This document shows positions 26,897 through 40,125 of a stretch of 64,000 nucleotides of DNA, piece after piece. Source of the stretch: Paraphysomonas bandaiensis. Lineage: Eukaryota; Protista; Chrysophyceae. The stretch covers positions 248,001 through 312,000 of the forward strand of contig CBFFRP010000378.1 in assembly GCA_965644295.1 (NCBI GenBank), given 5' to 3'. Position numbers and translations under genes: made by a program. Below the pieces are notes generated by a model. The model had not been told where the DNA came from. It saw nothing but the letters and a program-made list of their open reading frames with translations, and searched no databases. Numbering within the stretch: the first letter of the stretch is position 1; every line of letters begins with the position of its first letter.

Positions 26897-26929
26897 AAAT
26901 GACACAAAACTATAGTAAAAGAAACAAGT

Positions 26930-28093
26930 CTACAATCGTGCTTCACATAACTCAGCGTATTTAGTACGAAGAATATGTAGAAGTTCTATGGGCCTATTAC
27001 TAATAACAGCATCTGCCCCAGCATCCAGAGCCCGCCACATCATATCCTCTGTATCTACAACCCATGCGACAACTGGATCAGCATTCGTGTCACCATTCCG
27101 GGTAAACTTGTAGGGAGCATGTCCCAAGCGGCTAGCTGGAAGAAGTAAATGCACGTCTGGCATGTTAATCTGACGGATCAAGGGGGCGCTAAAACTTCCA
27201 GGTGTAAAAGTGCGGACGGATATATCGAGATGGCGGGGTAGCATTGGCGGGGCAGCACCAGGAATAAGAATAGATGGCACTGGCCATGGGATATCCGGAT
27301 TGATTCTTCCAGGAGATGGAGTGGAGTGGAAAGCTACTGCTACTGGAATTGGCGCTTCTCGTCCGTGTAGTCGATGGGTACCATCCTCATATTTCCGCCA
27401 GCGCTCCTTGTAAAACTCCTGTACAGCATGTAATGTTACCATGTCTCTTACTATGACTGCCGCATGTCCTGTTTTCCCCATTACAGACGTATCTACAGTC
27501 TCTAACAATGAGAGAATGTCACTAATATTATCAAATTTGGGTTCTAATGTAACGAAAGGATCAACATGTCGACTCATTCCAGAACTAAAGTATAAAGGAT
27601 CCATACAATGCATCACTTGCATTAAAAATGATTCAACAGTTTGATAATCATTTAATTTGATTGAATCTATTAATACAGTAGGATTTCCTACTATAAATCT
27701 TGATCCAATGAGTGATATAAGATGATGAGGAACTATACTGATATCAATATCAAAATTACATATACCTTCAGACATAAGTTTAGATACTGCTACAGTTGAT
27801 CCATCATGTTCATTATTACCATATTTTGCATGATTTGACCATATAATTGATGGTAAATGTTCAGGATGATATGAACATATATGTCTAGAACTGTATCGTG
27901 ATAAGATTGGAGATAATAACATTTGTGGGATTGTTGGTGTGATATGTTGTGATCTTAAAGTAGATGATGATTGTTTTTTAGAGATTTTTGTAGATATTTG
28001 TCGTGAAAATACGCAATATATTAATATAAACCATCCCATTAACATAGAAAAACAGCATATTATGATATGTCTTTTACGTATTTTACGGGCCAT
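26930..28093 (-). CDS. Type II membrane-anchored PLC-like/GDPD-superfamily phosphodiesterase-like protein
   Basis: 387-aa ORF; N-terminal TM helix after a basic stretch; C-terminal VVAWVVDT...ALDAGADAVISNRP matches the GDPD end motif; FDIDI and LEPK motifs. Confidence 0.65.
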   Translation of the reverse strand: MARKIRKRHIIICCFSMLMGWFILIYCVFSRQISTKISKKQSSSTLRSQHITPTIPQMLLSPILSRYSSRHICSYHPEHLPSIIWSNHAKYGNNEHDGSTVAVSKLMSEGICNFDIDISIVPHHLISLIGSRFIVGNPTVLIDSIKLNDYQTVESFLMQVMHCMDPLYFSSGMSRHVDPFVTLEPKFDNISDILSLLETVDTSVMGKTGHAAVIVRDMVTLHAVQEFYKERWRKYEDGTHRLHGREAPIPVAVAFHSTPSPGRINPDIPWPVPSILIPGAAPPMLPRHLDISVRTFTPGSFSAPLIRQINMPDVHLLLPASRLGHAPYKFTRNGDTNADPVVAWVVDTEDMMWRALDAGADAVISNRPIELLHILRTKYAELCEARL

Positions 28094-28379
28094 AGTGGAA
28101 TATATATACTTTCTATAGTATGTGAATTATATATATAAAGATAGTGAGAAGTGAGTCATATGGAGTAGTAGTGATATAGTAGGATACGATTAAATGATTG
28201 TAGGGATATGAAGAGAAGTTAATATGGCAGATATTGATGTACTCTGGTTTGAACCATATCCATATATTTATTGCTTAATAATAATTGCATGCAACAAACA
28301 TATACAATACATGTGTATTGGATTACTTAAAATAATTACTATATATTATATAAAATTTGAGCTATTGATATCAACGGTA

Positions 28380-28480
28380 GCGGGTTTAGCTCAGTTGGCT
28401 AGAGCGTCGGTCTCATAATCAAATCATCAATACGACGATAAGCTATCCGGAGGTCGTGAGTTCGAGCCTCACAACCCGCA
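28380..28480 (+). tRNA. tRNA-Met(CAT), elongator type, with a 27-nt intron (28418-28444)
   Basis: GCGGGTT/AACCCGC acceptor stem, GCTC/GAGC D stem, anticodon CAT at 28414-28416, intron after position 37, GTGAG-TTCGAGC-CTCAC T arm, downstream T-run Pol III terminator. Confidence 0.93.
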
Positions 28481-28798
28481 CCACTTCTTTTTTTGTCCTA
28501 TCTACAGATACAGCAGATATATATACTGGAAGTAGCCCGATTGATATTTTCTACCGGATATAATCATTTCGATACGTGATATACGTAGCCGGTTGATCTG
28601 GTGATTGTGCAGTGCTATACACATAGATGCACATCATGCATAATAATAAGCATATCTGCTGGCAGTGTCATAATTTATGTATACTAATAGTGCATTCATT
28701 AAACTATTGAACATATCAATCCTTATAATCATATTACTATTTATATAACATCTTCTTATTGCCTATCATATGACCATATATTAAGATCACGTATCATA

Positions 28799-30481
28799 AT
28801 GAAGTACTGTGTTTTTTCATGCCTATTTATGGTTTATGTGGGTGCTATACTCCCTACAGGGGTCCCTAGATTTCAAGTTATGGCACAGAAAGTATATCAA
28901 GCTAATAATGAAGTTATCAAAGAATCAGATTGTAAAGTCAGCACTTCATCTGGTTGTGATGTCCCTCATAATGGTGGACACGTGCCATCTGTGCTGGATG
29001 TCAGAGGTGGAGGGGTTTTAGGTACAATACATGTTATCAATCACTATACGCATACTGTGATGAACGTTATGTCGCAGAAACCATCTCAACTCCTATGCTT
29101 AGCATTGTTGAAAACGGAAAGCTCTCTTTATTATCCATCAAGGCCCTATTACAGGTATAGTTTACCCTAAGTATTGTTCGCGATTTAATTGACTTTGTTT
29201 TGCAGCTGGGGTTGACGCTGCTAAACATTGTCTGCTGGGCGATCCCCATGAGAAACCAAAATATATTCAAAAACGATCAAGCACTCGGAATTGCAAACAC
29301 CTTTGCTGGTGGGATATTTCTGATGCTGGCGTTTAGCCATATGATACCGCACTCCATATCAGTACTGCAAGCAAATGGCTTGGATTCGTCTTATGCTTTC
29401 AAATTCACTATGCTCGGATATTTACTTATTTTCACCATCGAAAAGATTATATTTGACTCTCATGCAATTATGCACAAGGCGATGGGATCAGGCCATAATG
29501 ACACCTTAATCCAGTCTCATAAGAAGGATCATCATGGTGCCGAGAAACATACGCACCCTACCAGTCCTACAACTTCACATGCTGTTGCTGACACAGATGG
29601 AGAAGCAATATCCGGCAAATCTGCGGTTGTACTACTGATAGCTATGGGGTTACACAGGTATGGATGGAGTATACACTCTTAAAGCCGTCAGTAGCGTGTA
29701 ATACCTGTATGTGCATGCGGATATTAAGTTCCGTACATCAAAGTTCTAGTCGGCTACATTCTATTAGTCAGTAACAGCGTATTTTACCACACAAATACAC
29801 TCTCTGTATTCGAATATAATATATATTTGCTCAGCTTGTTCGAGACAATGGCTTTGGGAATGGCGTCAGACTTACCTTCAGCCTTGTTAATGGCTGCATC
29901 CATAGCACTTCACCAACCAGCTGAAAGCATTGCTTTGCTAGTTGCTCTCGTGAAGTCATCTATGAAACAGAGAGATGTCATTCGATGGCTGGGTTTATTC
30001 AGTCTAGTGGGACCAATTGGGGTTCTGTTAGGCGGGTACATCAATGAAATTGCATCGCCACTGGTGGAAGGGGCATTGGTGGCAGTAACGGCTGGAACCT
30101 TCTTATACGTGGGAGCCACAGAGGTGTGTACTGTGAAAAAGCATGTGCGTTGCTTTCTTGCTGTGGCATTCAGTAAAACTATTGACCTCACACATGTGTT
30201 GGTAGTGTGCACGTGCATTGTGAATCACCCGAATATAATGTACTATGATTTTTGTTGCTTGCTATGACATTCAATCGTGTTTATTGCAACTGATTACCTA
30301 CGAGTAGATTGTGGCAGAAGAGTTTGAGAGTGTACAAGGCGCGGAAAAAATGAGAAAATTTCTTGCCTTATGTGTCGGTATATTAGTGATAGGAGTAATA
30401 TCAGAGTTTACTTCAGAAGATTGTGCTACCGGCCATTTGGGTGATGGCGTAAATATTGCACACTCCCACCAAGAACTGTAA
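28799..30481 (+). CDS. ZIP-family (SLC39) zinc/iron permease, about 5 exons
   Basis: NTFAGGIFLMLAFSHMIPHS, His-rich loop, MGLH(S)LFE, IALHQPAE, VTAGTFLYVGATE; last exon IVAEEF...HSHQEL ends at TAA 30479-30481. Confidence 0.88.
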
Positions 30482-30930
30482 GGTAGTTCCTCTTTAAGCG
30501 ACATTGTGATCGAATGTTTGTTAATAATGATAATTTCTTATATACCATAACATTTCCAGTGAGCTGTCATGGTGCTAACATGCATTGTGGCAAGCAAGTA
30601 CTAGCTCATTGAGCCAGGACCTCTGTTTAATACATGTGATTACCATAAACTACTAATATTTCTTCATTAAGAGCTTCTTTTGGTACATGAAAAGTAAAGA
30701 CAGTAAAAATTAATTGTAAAAATTAATACAAGCATTACATTCAGATAGCATTAAGAGTAACTTAGTCATCCCCGCATGTTATGACAGTCAGTAAATATGC
30801 TAATATATTTCTGCTCATACTTCATGCTAGCTAGTTCTACAGCTTCACAGCACAGGACAAAGAAATGCATTACGGCCAAAGATATAAATTTCCTTGTTGA
30901 GTCACTCTGTTTTCTTTTCTCTACTCTTAT

Positions 30931-31120
30931 ATTGAATGTCTTTTTATTTAGCAATAGGCGTTCAAAACCCGCTCCGATATAGCGGCTAGTTGAATACTAG
31001 TCTACTAGTTAGACCTCTACCCATAACTAATCAGCGCAAATTCTATTATCCTACTATTTAACGCTACAGAAGCTGCTTGTGCGTCGCCGCAAGCACCAAG
31101 GTGCAACCACTTCCGTTCTC
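30931..31120 (-). repeat. Copy of the dispersed repeat (putative LINE 3' end)
   Basis: Matches 47568-47700 directly and 21041-21112 in reverse complement. Confidence 0.6.
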
Positions 31121-32227
31121 TACTCTTACATCTTTACACTGTATGTAGTGGTATAGTGGTATACTAATGCAACACTGTAGCTGGAACTCTCCTACGTCCA
31201 CATGAAGGCCCCAAGACTTTCATAGATTGTCTGCTTGACTTCACACACAGCTGATTGTTTCTTATCCGTTAACACTCTCACAGCTTGAAATCAAGTTGTA
31301 CCAGAGTATCGTTTTTGGATGGAGTGGAGACGAATGAAAAGGGATGACTTTCCTCTGTAGTTAGTTTCATGCCATATTTTTTCTTACATACCGTTTCGCT
31401 GAATAGTTCGTTGTCATTAGCATGGCTCACTTTGTATGTTTACTGTCGCCTGAAACAGATAGCATCTGGGAATTGGGGTTCTAATCATCTGGGACGCATA
31501 TATGAGTCATAATGTGTTTGTAACGGCCGAATATTTGGCCATAATATCTGTGTATATATCTATATACCACAGATCCAGTTCTACAAGTGGTGAAGAGATA
31601 GAGATATTATGCATCCTCATCCCAATTACAAATTTGATCTAATTTAATTGGTTCACATAGCTATCTAAAGTGCAACGAATTCCAGGGAATTGCTCATTGT
31701 GTGTGTTGTATGCATATATAGATATCTTGCAATGGCTATGCGATCTTTTATAAGGATCGATCCGCCTGTTGACCACCACAGCAGTTTGTGGTGAAAATAT
31801 GTCGACCAGGCCAAAATATCCAGAGTTTTTCGTTATATTCTGTTTTTTTGATGGTTATATTTCACAAATAACTGAAAAAGGGTGATTTTTTAGCCTGATC
31901 ATATGAATACAGGAGTATACATGCTGTATATAGCAGTAAAATATGAGCCGTTAGTTAATGTGTACACAGCAGTGTACATACACATACATACATACACACA
32001 TAGAGCAGTGTGGTATCCATCTCTCTATAAGTCATCAGTATCTCTGCTATAACATTATGATGTCCTCATGCATCAGAGACCCCATACATCTACCTATCTA
32101 ATCTATTGTTATCTAACACCCTCTCAAGTCTAAGCCAATCATATCTTCTCATCTCATGAAGGCAGCCTCTACTCATGCTAAGGTACATACATATATACAT
32201 AGTTCAATAACATATCAATGTCTCACT

Positions 32228-34352
32228 ATGACTATACAGAGACGCAACAGTGTCAAAGCATTAGCAACATATAAATCAGAAAAAATAGACAAAGAAAAAC
32301 AACGAATGAAAGAATTATCTGAGAAATATCCGTGTTTGTTCCCTACAGAGAAGGTACAGTATATGTCATATCGGAAGAGTGAACTACTTGCTCCTACAGT
32401 TAGACGTGAACTTGTTCGTAGACAAAGTGAGAATTATAATCATATGGATGAAGAATTGACATGTGAAGAAGACAGCAGCCCGAATATTGCCACAAAATCA
32501 GAAGAAATGGACAAAAAAACACAACGAAGAAAAACATTATCTGAAAAGAAACCAAAATTGAATCCTTCAGAAAAAATGAAGTACACATCAAAACGAAAGA
32601 GTGAACTGCTTCCTCCCACAGTTAGACATGAGCTTCTTGAAAGACAAATCGAGAATTATGGCAGTGTTGATGACGAGTTAATATGTAAAGAAAACAGTAG
32701 CCCGAATAACATTTGCAAATCCAAGAGAAAAACTGAGCCAAAGAAGTCTCTAGGAAGGACGGAACGAGAGAAAAATGAAGGTAACCGTACTAACATTAAT
32801 CCCTTATATAAAATATCAGTACAGGCTGCAACAAACTCGTTGAGCATAATGATGAGAATGGAGTGAGCCCACAAACATTTACTGTCACCGTCGGTAAAAA
32901 AGAAATTAAAATGACAGTTGCCTTGTCTTACAACAAGAAGGAAATTTCCTCTGACTGCAGTGAAGATCATTCCACGTTAATTCAAGATGCTATACGTGCA
33001 CTTCACGAACGTCACGCCAGAAACCACAGTGGGTACTGTTCAAGTAAACGAAATATCTTGACCACAGTGCCTGTTGATGTTATGTCAACAGTATGTACTC
33101 AGACAGATGGACTGTGTGGGGATGTTACGTCAACGGCGTGTACTCAGACAGATGGACTGTGTGGGGATGTTACGTCAACGGCGTGTACTCAGACAGATGG
33201 ACTGTGTGGTGATGTTATGTCGACGGCGTGTACTCAGACAGATGTATTGTGTGGTGATGTTACGTTGACGGTGTGTACTCAGACAGATGGACTGTGTGGT
33301 GATGTTATGTCGACGGTGTGTACTCAGACAGATGGACTGTGTGGGGATGTTATGTCGACGGCGTGTACTCAGACAGATGTATTGTGTGGTGATGTTACGT
33401 TGACGGTGTGTACTCAGACAGATGGACTGTGTGGTGATGTTATGTCGACGGTGTGTACTCAGACAGATGGACTGTGTGGTAATGTTACGTCGACGGTGTG
33501 TACTCAGACAGATGGACTGTGTGGTGATGTTATGTCGACGGTGTGTACTCAGACAGATGGACTGTGTGGTAATGTTATGTCGACGGTGTGTACTCAGACA
33601 AATGTATTGTGTGGTGATGTTACGTCGACGGTGTGTACTCAGACAAATGTATTGTGTGGTGATGTTATGTCAACTGCAAAGAGGAATTCAGACATCCCGC
33701 TTGCTGCCTTACCTTGTCCAGGAAGTACTTTTAGTGAGAAAGACTCCTATGTGGCATTCGGCCTCAGTAACGGGTCTCTAATGTTGAAGGTTACGCGAAG
33801 AGACACAACCGACGTATGTGTGTTCTACGAGTTATCTATGTCGGTACAGATGCAAAATGGAGTAAAAGAATGGCAAGTACACCGGAGGTACAGAGATTTC
33901 CTTGCATTGCATACGACACTTAAAAGCCTAAATATCATCGGTATAAAATCTCTTCCCTTTCCTAGAAAACAATTAGTCAGGTATGTGTAATGTAATGCTG
34001 TTTGATGACAACAAGTCTATTTCTGCGACATGCATAGTCTGACTTTTGTGCATACATTGCGGTAGATGTTCCGATGAGATGATGTATTTATACTTCAATG
34101 TACTTGAAAATATATATCTACATGGTATTAATTTGCAAAGAAACTAATGGTTTTTCTTGGTTCAGTTGGGGGAGTAATCGTTTTCTTGATCGTCGACAGG
34201 AGGCACTTAACGTTTACTTCAATGAGGTGATATCAATAGCGACTAATAGTATTAGAAGTACCGCAGATACACAGCACTCCGCGTGGTCTCTGATTGCAAA
34301 AGAACTGGATACCTTTCTTTCGGTAGAATGGACCAGTGTTGATAAAATATAA
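32228..34352 (+). CDS. PX-domain protein with a duplicated N-terminal ~75-aa segment and 13 tandem 15-aa TQT repeats; introns 32781-32824 and 33981-34165
   Basis: Splicing joins three ORFs in frame (NE|GCNKLV...GVSPQTF; QLV|SWGSNRFL). PX motifs WQVHRRYRDFLALH, LPFPRK and FLDRRQEALNVYF. The start could instead be 32156. Confidence 0.8.
33076..33675 (+). repeat. 45-bp coding minisatellite, 13 units (DVMSTVCTQTDGLCG)
   Basis: Directly visible tandem array. Confidence 0.95.
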
Positions 34353-34947
34353 GTCAGAGTGTGCCACTACGAGAAAGTGGGCGAGTTATATGAAGTTTAT
34401 TTTGACATATGTACTTTTTACCACACACTTTATCGTCTTGGATTTTGACTATTAATACAAGAAAGTTTAAATCTAGATATCAATCCGAATATTTGAACAT
34501 AGAACATAGCTTGATAACAGTAATTAGGAGTAATGTAAAGCATACTTGCTTCAGATTTCAAATGCTGTTTTCATCCCCGCATTGTTAGAGACTGGCTTGA
34601 TTCTGTATGCTATACTATTTAGTAGATTTGTAGTGCTTACAATCTGATTTTGCTTATTTCCTATCTGTGTTGACCGCATACCTAGTACAACCTCGTTTCA
34701 CATATTGCACGCCATTCATAATTATTATTGCCGGTATGCCCAAGAAACTACAGGAGGAAGCTATTTTATAAAGTTTTGTTTCAGTGAATAAGTATTGAAG
34801 GGTATGATTCATTTAGAACCAATAATATGTTTAAGGATATTTTCAGACACAATAGGGTTGATTATTAATTACACAGTACATTTCCATATATCACACGATA
34901 TAAGATTGAGGCTTACTGCTCAAACAACAAGGGAATACAAATCGAAC

Positions 34948-36318
<1,371 letters not shown>

Positions 36319-36819
36319 TCAGAAAGAGATGTTGAATCATAGAATTACCTTGTTTTACTTGTGTTGTTATGTTGTTGAGAAGTTATGATTGTGTGATGAT
36401 ATCAAATACATACATATATAATCAATCTATGCGTTATAAAAATGTAACTGTCATAATATAACTGGTATAGAAGTGTGTGTCTCTTCAAGATACTTCAAGT
36501 AACCGTTTTTTAATCATAATATTTTTTTTTTTAAATTTTTTAAAAATAAATGAAAATTTAAAAAAAGTCTCTTTAAGATATGCCGTTTTTTTTATATATA
36601 TATCAAGATGAAGTTTGAAAGTGTTTTTATGTTACGTTATATGATTGTAGTCTGTCGATATACTGGACATCTTCATACATTAGCAATCTACTTGTTTCAC
36701 TCTATTCATAGTATCAAGACAACATCAAATACAGAGTTTGATCAGATAACTTATCACTAAACAAGGTAATTCTATGATTCAACATCATTTTCTGATATAC
36801 TGATAGTGTTTTTCTATGA

Positions 36820-38166
<1,347 letters not shown>

Positions 38167-38551
38167 GTGTTCTCTTCATCGTGCTAATTGGCTGAGTTGA
38201 GTCGTGCTTCTAATTGATAGCGTTTGCTGTCGTATTGCCAATTAGTTATTTATTGTGCTTTTAGCATACAACACGTCATTTGTAATAAGGAGCACGTTTG
38301 AAAATTGTTTAATCTTTCGGGATCTCCAGTATTAGTTGTTTGTATTGTGGTTTCTTTAATTCATACACGATACAAGTAGTGTCTGTGGTTCTGAATCTAC
38401 TTGTTGGTTTGTGATTGCTATATACCATAATGCAATTAATATTCAGATGTGTGTCCATTATCGATATTTCATTTTTATCTTACTGTTTCTTCTTACAGCA
38501 AGCAAGTTTCAAATAGCTATACATTCTAGATACTAGATATATTGTGTATAC

Positions 38552-38613
38552 CAGAGCCTGGTAACCATTAATGGCCATTAATGCCATTAACGGTTACCAG
38601 GCCCTGGGCCCTG
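38552..38613. mobile_element. 62-bp hAT-type MITE (hairpin) with 8-bp TSD GTGTATAC
   Basis: gtgtatac at 38544-38551 and 38614-38621; ends CAGAGCC...GGCCCTG; interior is an almost perfect inverted repeat. Confidence 0.7.
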
Positions 38614-39287
38614 GTGTATACTGTATACGGACTTATATTTTCCACCGTACATTAAGCAGTTATATTGCAATATATTGTGAATTACCTTAACCGTAAACAT
38701 ATTAATGGAATTTTAGGCCGGTTCACCAATCCTGGCCCTGTGGTTAAATATAACTATCTTGTACATAATATGTTTAATCATTGTTCTGATGATATTCGCT
38801 TGTTACCAGCTCTATATAACTTGCTATTACTAAAGCTTTTTATTGCGGATGCAGCGTATTAACTTTTTAAATATTTGGACGGTTATGACACAGCCAGGTT
38901 TGATAACCAAGGCTGTGCAGCAGAAACAAACACAATGAGTTAACCAGAGCTATATGTACGTCTGATTGCAGGAGAACAGGATGATTATTACTCTAAACAG
39001 TATGTCAAGCGTTGCAAGCTTGTACTAGTGACTCCCTCCAAGAATCACCGCGCAAACCCCACCTCCAGTGAAGTCAGAACACTAGTGTACAAACAGAACA
39101 ACACTTAACAAAACACTGAGCTGTAAAGCAATGCAACATAGAACAAGCACAACACACCACACTCGCGATGACACCACACACCACACTCGCCAGTTTGTAA
39201 ATTAGCCGTTGAATACTGCGTATTCAGAGTACTGCTACTGTATTACAATGGACCAACATGTATGTGAGTGTGCAGCATACCGTATGA

Positions 39288-39803
39288 TGCTTTTCCTACA
39301 TCTACTATCTCAGACTAAGAACCAATGTCCACATCAGATACATACATCATATCCATTGCTGCATAAACAATGTCTGCCACTACAGATCCACCAACCCTCA
39401 GGGCGATAAGCCTGAACAGCAAGGTTTATTCTCCTTACAGGATTTGGAGCTAGGACTGCGTTTCTGCCTCTACAGCGGTGAAGTGTATACCTCCCGTCCC
39501 AGCTGGGGAGCATATATACTTGAGATGGCTAAGGACTTCTATATAGATGCGGAGCGGGACACTCGGGACATGGGTTACCTTTGGCCGCTGGGGTCCCAAG
39601 CTTATTTGGCCCGGGTGCCTCATAATCATGGTAGGTATATAAACACGGTGTATCCTTCTGACCATGCTGCTGGCTGGCGCTTCAACTGCGAATTTGTAGT
39701 AGATGAGTCCGGCTTGGACGTGGTCTGGGTGCAGACCACTCGGGCAGTTGCGGCCGGCGAAGAGCTGTTGGCAGATTATGGGAAATTGTACCTCCAGTCC
39801 TAG
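39288..39803 (+). CDS. SET-domain lysine methyltransferase-like ORF inside the 3' LTR, antisense to gag-pol; start unresolved
   Basis: Open frame from 39288: ...VCHYRSTNP...QGLFSLQDLELGLRFCLYSGE...YIL...IDA...NHGRYINT...NCEF...VWVQTTRAVAAGEELLADYGKLY. All SET motifs are in order, including the GEELxxDYG catalytic Tyr. Confidence 0.8.
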   Translation, partial: CFSYIYYLRLRTNVHIRYIHHIHCCINNVCHYRSTNPQGDKPEQQGLFSLQDLELGLRFCLYSGEVYTSRPSWGAYILEMAKDFYIDAERDTRDMGYLWPLGSQAYLARVPHNHGRYINTVYPSDHAAGWRFNCEFVVDESGLDVVWVQTTRAVAAGEELLADYGKLYLQS

Positions 39804-40125
39804 TGCTAGTTCTTCAGTAATCTGTAGCGTAATAATGATATGTTTCTGATACTTCTATCGTCTCTGTCTTCATCCCGTAGTTAGTAGTTTTGCACTTACT
39901 ATAGACACGTGACTGAGGCATGTGAAATGCCACGTGGTCACATTGCCCCGCCTCCCTTTTTTTTTTTTTTTTTGTTTGATATAAGTATTATGCGAAATGA
40001 TGAAGACGGGCGTCACTCTGCGGCCCACAAATTTCAACGGAACTAAAAATTAGCCATCAAAACGAAGGTGCAGCAGAGGAGCGTTGGAGTTGGAAGGTCA
40101 CGTGTAAGTTGATTGGTCCCGTGCT

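Noticed and set aside
33074-33781. Alternative-frame ORFs (VLRQMDCVVML repeats)
   Set aside because: Off-frame readings of the 45-bp minisatellite; the TQT frame is the one continuous with the PX domain.
39209-39409. 66-aa ORF duplicated in both gypsy LTRs
   Set aside because: The duplication reflects only LTR identity; no motif. At most its ATG (39248) serves as a first exon for the SET frame.
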